64,000 nucleotides of DNA, taken from positions 417,508,001-417,572,000 of the forward strand of contig OZ024740.1 of assembly GCA_964016885.1 (NCBI GenBank), in the 5' to 3' direction. This DNA is from Eledone cirrhosa (lineage: Eukaryota). The translations under genes and the position numbers were made by a program. The notes beneath the pieces are model-generated. The model did not search any database. It worked only from the letters and a program-made list of their open reading frames with translations, and was not told where the DNA came from. Positions 12,601 through 25,900 of this stretch are shown piece after piece (the first letter of the stretch is position 1; each line of letters opens with the position of its first letter).

Positions 12601-14108
12601 AGCTCTGATATTACAGACATGTGGTTAGAATGACTCAGGAAAGAATCTCCGAATTGAGAGATAACAGCTCTGATATTACAGACATGTGGTTAGAATGTCC
12701 CAGGAAAGAATCTCTGAATTGAGAGATCACAGCTCTGATATTACAGACATGTGGTTAGAATGTCTCAGGAAAGAATCTCTGAATTGAGAGATCACAGCTC
12801 TGATATTACAGACATGTGGCTAGAATGTGTCAGGGAAGAACCTCTGAATTGAGAGACCACAGCTCTGATATTACAGACATGTGGCTAGAATGTCTCAAGA
12901 AAGAGTCTCTCAATTGAGAGACCACAGCTCTGATATTACAGACATGTGGCTAGAATGTCTCAGGAAAGAGTCTTTGAATTGAGAGACCACAGCTCTGATA
13001 TTACAGGCATGTGGCTAGAATGTCTCAGGAAAGAATCTCTGAATTGAGAGACCACAGATATGATACTACAGACATGTGGTTAGAATGTCTCTGGAAAGAA
13101 TCTCTGAATTGAGAGACCACAGCTTTGATATTACAGACATGTCGTTAGAATGTCTCAGGAAAGAATCTCTGAATTGAGAGACCACAGCTCTGATACTACA
13201 GACATGTGGTTAGAATGTCTCAGGAAAGAGTCTCTGAATTGAGAGACCACAGCTCTGATATTACAGACATGTGTTTAGAATGTCTCAAGAAAAAGTCTCT
13301 CAATTGAGAGACCACAGCTCTAATATTACAGACATGTGGCTAGAATGTCTCAGGAAAGAGTCTCCGAATTGAGAGACAACGGCTCTGATATTACAGACAT
13401 GTGGTTAGAATGTCTCAGGAAAGAATCTCTGAATTGAGAGATCACAGCTCTGATACTACAGACATGTGGTTAGAACGTCTCAGGAAAGAACCTCTGAATT
13501 GAGAGACCTCAGCTCTGATATTACAAACATGTGGTTAGAATGTCTCAGGAAAGAGTCTCTGAATTGAGAGACCACAGCTCTGATACTACAGACTAGTGGT
13601 TAGAATGTCTCTGGAAAGAATCTCTGAAATGAGAGATCACAGCTCTGATATTACAGGCATGTGGCTAGAATGTCTCAGGAAAGAATCTATCTCTGAATTG
13701 AGAGACCACAGCTCTGATACTACAGACATGTGGTTAGAATGTCTCAAGAAAGAGTCTCTCAATTGAGAGACCACAGCTCTGATATTACAGACATGTGGCT
13801 AGAATGTCTCAGGAAAGAGTCTCTGTATTAAGAGATCACAGCTCTGATGTTACAGACATGGGGTTAGAATGTCTCAGGAAAGAATCTCTGAATTGAGAGA
13901 CCACAGCTCTGATATTACAGACATGTGGCTAGAATGTCTCAGGAAAGAGTCTTTGAGTTGAGAGATCACAGCTCTGATATTACAGACATGTGGGTAGAAT
14001 GTCTCAGGAAAGAACCTCTGAATTGAGAGACCACAGATCTGATATTACAGACATGTGGCTAGAATGTCTCAGGAAAGAGTCTCTGAATTGAGAGACCACA
14101 GCTCTGAT
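4590..14108. repeat. Tandem duplication of a 73-74-monomer block (period 4753-4818 bp)
   Basis: GAGGTG 4969/9787 (offset 4818 = 74x65+8). TAAATTGAGAGATC 6921/11674 and TGTATTAAGA 9071/13824 (offset 4753 = 73x65+8). The private variant GAATATCCG is shared near 5743 and 10561. Confidence 0.88.
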
Positions 14109-16999
14109 ACTACAGACATGTGGCTAGAATGTCTCAGGAAAGAGTCTCTGAATTGAGAGACCACAGCTCTGATGTTACAGACATGTGGTTAGAATGTCTC
14201 AGGAAAGAGTCTCTGAATTGAGAGATCACAGCTCTGATATTACAGACATGTGGTTAGAACGTCTCAGGAAAGAATCTCTGATTTGAGAGATAACAGCTCT
14301 GATATTACAGACATGTGGTTAGAATGTCTCAGGAAAGAATCTCTGAATTGAGAGATCACAGCTCTGATATTATAGACATGTGGTTAGAATGTCTCAGGAA
14401 AGAGTCTCTGAATTGAGAGATCACAGGTCTGATATTACAGACATGTGGCTAGAATGTCTCAGGAAAAAGTCTTTGAGGTGAGAGATCACAGCTCTGATAT
14501 TACTAGACATGTGGTTAGAATGTCTCAAGAAAGAGTCTCTGAATTGAGAGACCACAGCTCTCATATTACGGACATGTGGCTAGAATGTCTCAGGAAAGAG
14601 TCTCTGAATTGAGAGATCACAGCTCTGATATTACTAGACATGCAGTTAGAATGTCTGAGGAAAGTGTCTCTGAATTGAGAGACCACAGCTCTGATATTAC
14701 AGACATGTGGATAGAATGTCTCAGGAAAGAACCTCTGAATTGAGAGACCACAGGTCTGATATTACAGACATGTGGCTAGAATGTCTCAGGAAGGAGTCTC
14801 TGAATTGAGAGATCACAGCTTTGATATTACAGGCATGAGGCTAGAATGTCTCAGGAAAGAATCTCTGAATTGAGAGACCACAGCTCTGATACTACAGACA
14901 CGTGGTTAGAATGTCTCAGGAAAGAGTCTCTGAATTGAGAGACAACAGCTCTGATATTACAGACATGTGGTTAGAATGTCTCAGGAAAGAATCTCTGAAT
15001 TGAGAGATAACAGCTCTGATACTACAGACATGCGGTTAGAATGTCTCAAGAAAGAGTCTCTCAATTGAGAGACCACAGCTCTGATATTACAGACATGTGG
15101 CTAGATTGTCTCAGGAAAGAGTCTCTGAATTGAGAGACCACAGCTCTGATATTACAAACATGTGGTTAGAATGTCTCAGGAAAGAATCTCTGAATTGAGT
15201 GATCACAGCTATGATACTACAGACATGTGGTTAGAATGTCTCAGGAAAGAACCTCTGAATTGAGAGACCACAGCACTGTAACTACAGACATGTGGCTAGA
15301 ATGTCTCAGGAAAGAGTCTCTGAATTGAGAAATCACAACTCTGATGTTACAGACATGTGGGTAGAATGTCTCAGGAAAGAGTCTCTGAATTGAGAGACCA
15401 CAGCTCTGATATTACAGACATGTGGTTAGAATGTCTCAGGAAAGAATCTCTGAATTGAGAGATAACAGCTCTGATATTACAGACATGTGGTTAGAATGTC
15501 CCAGGAAAGAATCTCTGAATTGAGAGATCACAGCTCTGATATTACAGACATGTGGTTAGAATGTCTCAGGAAAGAATCTCTGAATTGAGAGATCACAGCT
15601 CTGATATTACAGACATGTGGCTAGAATGTGTCAGGAAAGAACCTCTGAATTGAGAGACCACAGCTCTCATATTACAGACATGTGGCTAGAATGTCTCAAG
15701 AAAGAGTCTCTCAATTGAGAGACCACAGCTCTGATATTACAGACATGTGGCTAGAATGTCTCAGGAAAGAGTCTTTGAATTGAGAGACCACAGCTCTGAT
15801 ATTACAGGCATGTGGCTAGAATGTCTCAGGAAAGAATCTCTGAATTGAGAGACCACAGCTTTGATATTACAGACATGTCGTTAGAATGTCTCAGGAAAGA
15901 ATCTCTGAATTGAGAGACCACAGCTCTGATACTACAGACATGTGGCTAGAATGTCTCAGGAAAGAGTCTCTGAATTGAGAGACCACAGCTCTGATATTAC
16001 AGACATGGGGTTAGAATGTCTCAGGAAAGAGTCTCTAAATTGAGAGACCACAGCTCTGATATTACAGACATGTGGTTAGAATGTCTCAGGAAAGAATCTC
16101 CGAATTGAGAGACCACAGCTCTAATATTACAGACATGTGGTTAGAATGTCTCAGGAAAGAATCTCTGAATTGAGAGACCACAGCTCTGATATTACAGACA
16201 TGTGGTTAGAATGTCTCAAGAAAAAGTCTCTCAATTGAGAGACCACAGCTCTGATATTACAGACATGTGGCTAGAATGTCTCAGGAAAGAGTCTCTGAAT
16301 TGAGAGACAACGGCTCTGATATTACAGACATGTGGTTAGAATGTCTCAGGAAAGAACCTCTGAATTGAGAGACCTCAGCTCTGATATTACAGACATGTGG
16401 TTAGAATGTCTCAGGAAAGAATCTCTGAATTGAGAGACCACAGCTCTGATACTACAGACATGTGGTTAGAATGTCTCAGGAAAGAACCTCTGAATTGAGA
16501 GACCTCAGCTCTGATATTACAAACATGTGGTTAGAATGTCTCAGGAAAGAGTCTCTGAATTGAGAGACCACAGCTCTGATACTACAGACTAGTGGTTAGA
16601 ATGTCTCTGGAAAGAATCTCTGAATTGAGAGATCACAGCTCTGATATTACAGGCATGTGGCTAGAATGTCTCAGGAAAGAATCTATCTCTGAATTGAGAG
16701 ACCACAGCTCTGATACTACAGACATGTGGTTAGAATGTCTCAAGAAAGAGTCTCTCAATTGAGAGACCACAGCTCTGATATTACAGACATGTGGCTAGAA
16801 TGTCTCAGGAAAGAGTCTCTGAATTGAGAGATCACAGCTCTGATGTTACAGACATGTGGTTAGAATGTCTCAGGAAAGAATCTCTGAATTGAGAGACCAC
16901 AGCTCTGATATTACAGACATGTGGCTAGAATGTCTCAGGAAAGAGTCTTTGAATTGAGAGATCACAGCTCTGATATTACAGACATGTGGGTAGAATGTC

Positions 17000-19900
17000 T
17001 CAGGAAAGAACCTCTGAATTGAGAGACCACAAATCTGATATTACAGACATGTGGCTAGAATGTCTCAGGAAAGAATCTCCGAATTGAGAGACCACAGCTC
17101 TGATACTACAGACATGTGGTTAGAATGTCTCAGGAAAGAATCTCTGAATTGAGAGACCACAGCTCTGATACTACAGACATGGGTTTAGAATGTCTCAGGA
17201 AAGAGTCTCTGAATTGAGAGATCACAGCTCTGATATTACAGACATGTGGTTACAATGTCTCAGGAAATAGTCTCTGAATTGAGAGACCACAGCTCTGATA
17301 TTACAGACATGTGGTTAGAATGTCTCAGGAAAGAATCTCTGAATTGAGAGATCACAGCTCTGATATTACAGACATGTGGTTAGAATGTCTCAGGAAAGAA
17401 TCTCTGAATTGAGAGATCACAGCTCTGATATTACAGACATGTGGTTAGAATATCTCAGGAAAGAATCTCTGAATTGAGAGATCACAGCTCTGATATTACA
17501 GACATGTGGCTAGAATGTCTCAGGAAAGAACCTCTGAATTGAGAGACCACAGCTCTGATATTACAGACATGTGGCTAGAATGTCTCAAGAAAGAGTCTCT
17601 CAATTGAGAGACCACAGCTCTGATATTACAGACATGTGGCTGGAATGTCTCAGGAAAGAGTCTTTGAATTGAGAGACCACAGCTCTGATATTACAGGCAT
17701 GTGGCTAGAATGTCTCAGGAAAGAATCTCTGAATTGAGAGACCACAGCTCTGATACTACAGACATGTGGTTAGAATGTCTCTGGAAAGAATCTCTGAATT
17801 GAGAGACCACAACTTTGATATTACAGACATGTGGTTAGAATGTCTCAGGAAAGAATCTCTGAATTGAGAGACCACAGCTCTGATACTGCAGACATGTGGC
17901 TAGAATGTCTCAGGAAAGAGTCTCTGAATTGAGAGACCACAGCTCTGATATTACAGACATGTGGCTAGAATGTCTCAGGAAAGAGTCTCTAAATTGAGAG
18001 ACCACAGCTATGATATTACAGACATGTGGTTAGAATGTCTCAGGAAAGAATCTCCGAATTGAGAGACCACAGCTCTGATGTTACAGACATGTGGTTAGAA
18101 TGTCTCAGGAAAGAGTCTCTGAATTGAGAGATCACAGCTCTGATATTACAGACATGTGGTTAGAACGTCTCAGGAAAGAATCTCTGATTTGAGAGATAAC
18201 AGCTCTGATATTACAGACATGTGGTTAGAATGTCTCAGGAAAGAATCTCTGAATTGAGAGATCACAGCTCTGATATTATAGACATGTGGTTAGAATGTCT
18301 CAGGAAAGAGTCTCTGAATTGAGAGATCACAGCTCTGATATTACAGACATGTGGCTAGAATGTCTCAGGAAAAAGTCTTTGAGGTAAGAGATCACAGCTC
18401 TGATATTACTAGACATGTGGTTAGAATGTCTCAAGAAAGAGTCTCTGAATTGAGAGACCACGGCTCTGATATTACGGACATGTGGCTAGAATGTCTCAGG
18501 AAAGAGTCTCTGAATTGAGAGATCACAGCTCTGATATTACTAGACATGCAGTTAGAATGTCTGAGGAAAGTGTCTCTGAATTGAGAGACCACAGCTCTGA
18601 TATTACAGACATGTGGATAGAATGTCTCAGGAAAGAACCTCTGAATTGAGAGACCACAGCTCTGATATTACAGACATGTGGCTAGAATGTCTCAGGAAGG
18701 AGTCTCTGAATTGAGAGATCACAGCTTTGATATTACAGGCATGAGGCTAGAATGTCTCAGGAAAGAATCTCTGAATTGAGAGACCACAGCTCTGATACTA
18801 CAGACACGTGGTTAGAATGTCTCAGGAAAGAGTCTCTGAATTGAGAGACAACAGCTCTGATACTACAGACATGCGGTTAGAATGTCTCAAGAAAGAGTCT
18901 CTCAATTGAGAGACCACAGCTCTGATATTACAGACATGTGGGTAGATTGTCTCAGGAAAGAGTCTCTGAATTGAGAGACCACAGCTCTGATATTACAAAC
19001 ATGTGGTTAGAATGTCTCAGGAAAGAATCTCTGAATTGAGTGATCACAGCTATGATACTACAGACATGTGGTTAGAATGTCTCAGGAAAGAACCTCTGAA
19101 TTGAGAGACCACAGCTCTGATATTACAGACATGTGGTTAGAATGTCTCAGGAAAGAATCTTCGAATTGAGAGACCACAGATCTGATATTACAGACATGTG
19201 GTTAGAATGTCTCAGGAAAGAATCTCTGAATTGAGAGACCACAGCACTGTAACTACAGACATGTGGTTAGAATGTCTCAGGAAAGAGTCTCTGAATTGAG
19301 AAATCACAACTCTGATGTTACAGACATGTGGGTAGAATGTCTCAGGAAAGAGTCTCTGAATTGAGAGACCACAGCTCTGATATTACAGACATGTGGTTAG
19401 AATGTCTCAGGAAAGAATCTCTGAATTGAGAGATAACAGCTCTGATATTACAGACATGTGGTTAGAATGTCCCAGGAAAGAATCTCTGAATTGAGAGATC
19501 ACAGCTCTGATATTACAGACATGTGGTTAGAATGTCTCAGGAAAGAATCTCTGAATTGAGAGATCACAGCTCTGATATTACAGACATGTGGCTAGAATGT
19601 GTCAGGAAAGAACCTCTGAATTGAGAGACCACAGCTCTGATATTACAGGCATGTGGCTAGAATGTCTCAGGAAAGAATCTCTGAATTGAGAGACCACAGC
19701 TTTGATATTACAGACATGTCGTTAGAATGTCTCAGGAAAGAATCTCTGAATTGAGAGACCACAGCTCTGATACTACAGACATGTGGCTAAAATGTCTCAG
19801 GAAAGAGTCTCTGAATTGAGAGACCACAGCTCTGATATTACAGACATGGGGCTAGAATGTCTCAGGAAAGAGTCTCTAAATTGAGAGACCACAGCTCTGA

Positions 19901-22900
19901 TATTACAGACATGTGGTTAGAATGTCTCAGGAAAGAATCTCCGAATTGAGAGACCACAGCTCTAATATTACAGACATGTGGTTAGAATGTCTCAGGAAAG
20001 AATCTCTGAATTGAGAGACCACAGCTCTGATATTACAGACATGTGGTTAGAATGTCTCAAGAAAAAGTCTCTCAATTGAGAGACCACAGCTCTGATATTA
20101 CAGACATGTGGCTAGAATGTCTCAGGAAAGAGTCTCTGAATTGAGAGACCACAGCTCTGATATTAAAGACATGTGGCTAGAATGTCTCAGGAAAGAGTCT
20201 CTGAATTGAGAGACAACGGCTCTGATATTACAGACATGTGGTTAGAATGTCTCAGGAAAGAACCTCTGAATTGAGAGACCTCAGCTCTGATATTACAGAC
20301 ATGTGGTTAGAATGTCTCAGGAAAGAATCTCTGAATTGAGAGACCACAGCTCTGATACTACAGACATGTGGTTAGAATGTCTCAGGAAAGAACCTCTGAA
20401 TTGAGAGACCTCAGCTCTGATATTACAAACATGTGGTTAGAATGTCTCAGGAAAGAGTCTCTGAATTGAGAGACCACAGCTCTGATACTACAGACTAGTG
20501 GTTAGAATGTCTCTGGAAAGAATCTCTGAATTGAGAGATCACAGCTCTGATATTACAGGCATGTGGCTAGAATGTCTCAGGAAAGAATCTATCTCTGAAT
20601 TGAGAGACCACAGCTCTGATACTACAGACATGTGGTTAGAATGTCTCAAGAAAGAGTCTCTCAATTGAGAGACCACAGCTCTGATATTACAGACATGTGG
20701 CTAGAATGTCTCAGGAAAGAGTCTCTGAATTGAGAGATCACAGCTCTGATGTTACAGACATGTGGTTAGAATGTCTCAGGAAAGAATCTCTGAATTGAGA
20801 GACCACAGCTCTGATATTACAGACATGTGGCTAGAATGTCTCAGGAAAGAGTCTTTGAATTGAGAGATCACAGCTCTGATATTACAGACATGTGGGTAGA
20901 ATGTCTCAGGAAAGAACCTCTGAAGTGAGAGACCACAAATCTGATATTACAGACATGTGGCTAGAATGTCTCAAGAAAGAGTCTCTCAATTGAGAGACCA
21001 CAGCTCTGATATTACAGACATGTGGCTGGAATGTCTCAGGAAAGAGTCTTTGAATTGAGAGACCACAGCTCTGATATTACAGGCATGTGGCTAGAATGTC
21101 TCAGGAAAGAATCTCTGAATTGAGAGACCACAGCTCTGATACTACAGACATGTGGTTAGAATGTCTCTGGAAAGAATCTCTGAATTGAGAGACCACAACT
21201 TTGATATTACAGACATGTGGTTAGAATGTCTCAGGAAAGAATCTCTGAATTGAGAGACCACAGCTCTGATACTGCAGACATGTGGCTAGAATGTCTCAGG
21301 AAAGAGTCTCTGAATTGAGAGACCACAGCTCTGATATTACAGACATGTGGCTAGAATGTCTCAGGAAAGAGTCTCTAAATTGAGAGACCACAGCTTTGAT
21401 ATTACAGACATGTGGTTAGAATGTCTCAGGAAAGAATCTCCGAATTGAGAGACCACAGCTCTAATATTACAGACATGTGGTTAGAATGTCTCAGGAAAGA
21501 GTCTCTGAATTGAGAGACCACAGCTCTGATATTACAGACATGTGGTTAGAATGTCTCAAGAAAAAGTCTCTCAATTGAGAGACCACAGCTCTGATATTAC
21601 AGACATGTGGCTAGAATGTCTCAGGAAAGAGTCTCTGAATTGAGAGACCACAGCTCTGATATTAAAGACATGTGGCTAGAATGTCTCAGGAAAGAGTCTC
21701 TGAATTGAGAGACAACGGCTCTGATATTACAGACATGTGGTTAGAATGTCTCAGGAAAGAGTCTCTGAATTGAGAGACCACAGCTCTGATATTACAGACA
21801 TGTGGCTAGAATGTCTCAGGAAAGAGTCTCTGAATTGAGAGACAACGGCTCTGATATTACAGACATGTGGTTAGAATGTCTCAGGAAAGAGTCTCTGAAT
21901 TGAGAGACCTCAGCTCTGATATTACAGACATGTGGTTAGAATGTCTCAGGAAAGAATCTCTGAATTGAGAGACCACAGCTGTGCTACTACAGGCATGTGG
22001 TTAGAATGTCTCAGGAAAGAATCTCTGAATTGAGAGATCACAGCTCTGATACTACAGACATGTGGTTAGAATGTCTCAGGAAAGAACCTCTGAATTGAGA
22101 GACCTCAGCTCTGATATTACAAACATGTGGTTAGAATGTCTCAGGAAAGAGTCTCTGAATTGAGAGACCACAACTCTGATATTACAAAAATGTGGTTAGA
22201 ATGTCTCAGGAAAGAGTCCTGAATTGAGAGACCACAGCTCTGATACTACAGACTTGTGGTTAGAATGTCTCTGGAAAGAATTTCTAAATTGAGAGATCAC
22301 AGCTCTGATATTACAGGCATGTGGCTAGAATGTCTCAGGAAAGAATCTCTGAATTGAGAGACCACAGCTCTGATACTACAGATATGTAGATAGAATGTCT
22401 CAGGAAAGAGTCTCTGAATTGAGAGACCCCAGCTCTGATACTACAGGCATGTGGTTAGAATGTCTCAGGAAAGAATCTCTGAATTGAGAGATCACAGCTC
22501 TGATATTACAGACACGTGGTTAGAATGTCTCAGGAAAGAACCTCTGAATTGAGAGACGACAGCTCTGATATTACAGACATGTGGCTGGAATGTCTCAGGA
22601 AAGAATCTCTGAATTGAGAGACCACAGCTCTGATATTACTAGACATGTGGTTAGAAAGTCTCAATAAAGAATCTATCTCTGAATTGAGAGACCACAGCTC
22701 TGATACTACAGACATGTGGTTAGAATGTCTCAAGAAAGAGTCTCTGAATTGAGAGACCACAGCTCTGATATTACAGACATGTGGCTAGAATGTCTCAGGA
22801 AAGAGTCTCTGAATTGAGAGATCACAGCTCTGATGTTACAGACATGTGGTTATAATGTCTCAGGAAAGAATCTCTGAATTGAGAGACCACAGCTCTGATA

Positions 22901-25900
22901 TTACAGACATGTGGCTAGAATGTCTCAGGAAAGAGTCTTTGAATTGAGAGATCACAGCTCTGATATTACAGACATGTGGGTAGAATGTCTCAGGAAAGAA
23001 CCTCTGAATTGAGAGACCTCAGCTCTGATATTACAGACATGTGGTTAGAATGTCTCAGGAAAGAATCTCTGAATTGAGAGACCACAGCTCTGATACTACA
23101 GACATGTGGTTAGAATGTCTCAGGAAAGAACCTCTGAATTGAGAGACCTCAGCTCTGATATTACAAACATGTGGTTAGAATGTCTCAGGAAAGAGTCTCT
23201 GAATTGAGAGACCACAGCTCTGATACTACAGACTAGTGGTTAGAATGTCTCTGGAAAGAATCTCTGAATTGAGAGATCACAGCTCTGATATTACAGGCAT
23301 GTGGCTAGAATGTCTCAGGAAAGAATCTATCTCTGAATTGAGAGACCACAGCTCTGATACTACAGACATGTGGCTAGAATATCTCAGGAAAGAGTCTCTG
23401 AATTGAGAGATCACAGCTCTGATGTTACAGACATGTGGTTAGAATGTCTCAGGAAAGAATCTCTGAATTGAGAGACCACAGCTCTGATATTACAGACATG
23501 TGGCTAGAATATCTCAGGAAAGAGTCTTTGAATTGAGAGATCACAGCCCTGATATTACAGACATGTGGGTAGAATGTCTCAGGAAAGAACCTCTGAATTG
23601 AGAGACCACAAATCTGATATTACAGACATGTGGCTAGAATGTCTCAGGAAAGAATCTCCGAATTGAGAGACCACAGCTCTGATATTACAGGCATGTGGCT
23701 AGAATGTCTCAGGAAAGAATCTCTGAATTGAGAGACCACAGCTTTGATATTACAGACATGTCGTTAGAATGTCTCAGGAAAGAATCTCTGAATTGAGAGA
23801 CCACAGCTCTGATACTACAGACATGTGGCTAGAATGTCTCAGGAAAGAGTCTCTGAATTGAGAGACCACAGCTCTGATATTACAGACATGGGGCTAGAAT
23901 GTCTCAGGAAAGAGTCTCTAAATTGAGAGACCACAGCTCTGATATTACAGACATGTGGTTAGAATGTCTCAAGAAAAAGTCTCTCAATTGAGAGACCACA
24001 GCTCTGATATTACAGACATGTGGCTAGAATGTCTCAGGAAAGAGTCTCTGAATTGAGAGACCACAGCTCTGATATTAAAGACATGTGGCTAGAATGTCTC
24101 AGGAAAGAGTCTCTGAATTGAGAGACAACGGCTCTGATATTACAGACATGTGGTTAGAATGTCTCAGGAAAGAACCTCTGAATTGAGAGACCTCAGCTCT
24201 GATATTACAGACATGTGGTTAGAATGTCTCAGGAAAGAATCTCTGAATTGAGAGACCACAGCTCTGATACTACAGACATGTGGTTAGAATGTCTCAGGAA
24301 AGAACCTCTGAATTGAGAGACCTCAGCTCTGATATTACAAACATGTGGTTAGAATGTCTCAGGAAAGAGTCTCTGAATTGAGAGACCACAGCTCTGATAC
24401 TACAGACTAGTGGTTAGAATGTCTCTGGAAAGAATCTCTGAATTGAGAGATCACAGCTCTGATATTACAGGCATGTGGCTAGAATGTCTCAGGAAAGAAT
24501 CTATCTCTGAATTGAGAGACCACAGCTCTGATACTACAGACATGTGGTTAGAATGTCTCAAGAAAGAGTCTCTCAATTGAGAGACCACAGCTCTGATATT
24601 ACAGACATGTGGCTTGAATGTCTCAGGAAAGAGTCTCTGAATTGAGAGATCACAGCTCTGATGTTACAGACATGTGGTTAGAATGTCTCAGGAAAGAATC
24701 TCTGAATTGAGAGACCACAGCTCTGATATTACAGACATGTGGCTAGAATGTCTCAGGAAAGAGTCTTTGAATTGAGAGATCACAGCTCTGATATTACAGA
24801 CATGTGGGTAGAATGTCTCAGGAAAGAACCTCTGAATTGAGAGACCACAAATCTGATATTACAGACATGTGGCTAGAATGTCTCAAGAAAGAGTCTCTCA
24901 ATTGAGAGACCACAGCTCTGATATTACAGACATGTGGCTGGAATGTCTCAGGAAAGAGTCTTTGAATTGAGAGACCACAGCTCTGATATTACAGGCATGT
25001 GGCTAGAATGTCTCAGGAAAGAATCTCTGAATTGAGAGACCACAGCTCTGATACTACAGACATGTGGTTAGAATGTCTCTGGAAAGAATCTCTGAATTGA
25101 GAGACCACAACTTTGATATTACAGACATGTGGTTAGAATGTCTCAGGAAAGAATCTCTGAATTGAGAGACCACAGCTCTGATACTGCAGACATGTGGCTA
25201 GAATGTCTCAGGAAAGAGTCTCTGAATTGAGAGACCACAGCTCTGATATTACAGACATGTGGCTAGAATGTCTCAAGAAAGAGTCTCTCAATTGAGAGAC
25301 CACAGCTCTGATATTACAGACATGTGGCTAGAATGTCTCAGGAAAGAGTCTCTGAATTGAGAGATCACAGCTCTGATGTTACAGACATGTGGTTAGAATG
25401 TCTCAGGAAAGAATCTCTGAATTGAGAGACCACAGCTCTGATATTACAGACATGTGGCTAGAATGTCTCAGGAAAGAGTCTTTGAATTGAGAGATCACAG
25501 CTCTGATGTTACAGACATGTGGTTAGAATGTCTCAGGAAAGAATCTCTGAATTGAGAGACCACAGCTCTGATATTACAGACATGTGGCTAGAATGTCTCA
25601 GGAAAGAGTCTTTGAATTGAGAGATCACAGCTCTGATATTACAGACATGTGGATAGAATGTCTCAGGAAAGAACCTCTGAATTGAGAGACCACAAATCTG
25701 ATATTACAGACATGTGGCTAGAATGTCTCAGGAAAGAATCTCCGAATTGAGAGACCACAGCTCTGATACTACAGACATGTGGTTAGAATGTCTCAGGAAA
25801 GAATCTCTGAATTGAGAGACCACAGCTCTGATACTACAGACATGGGTTTAGAATGTCTCAGGAAAGAGTCTCTGAATTGAGAGATCACAGCTCTGATATT

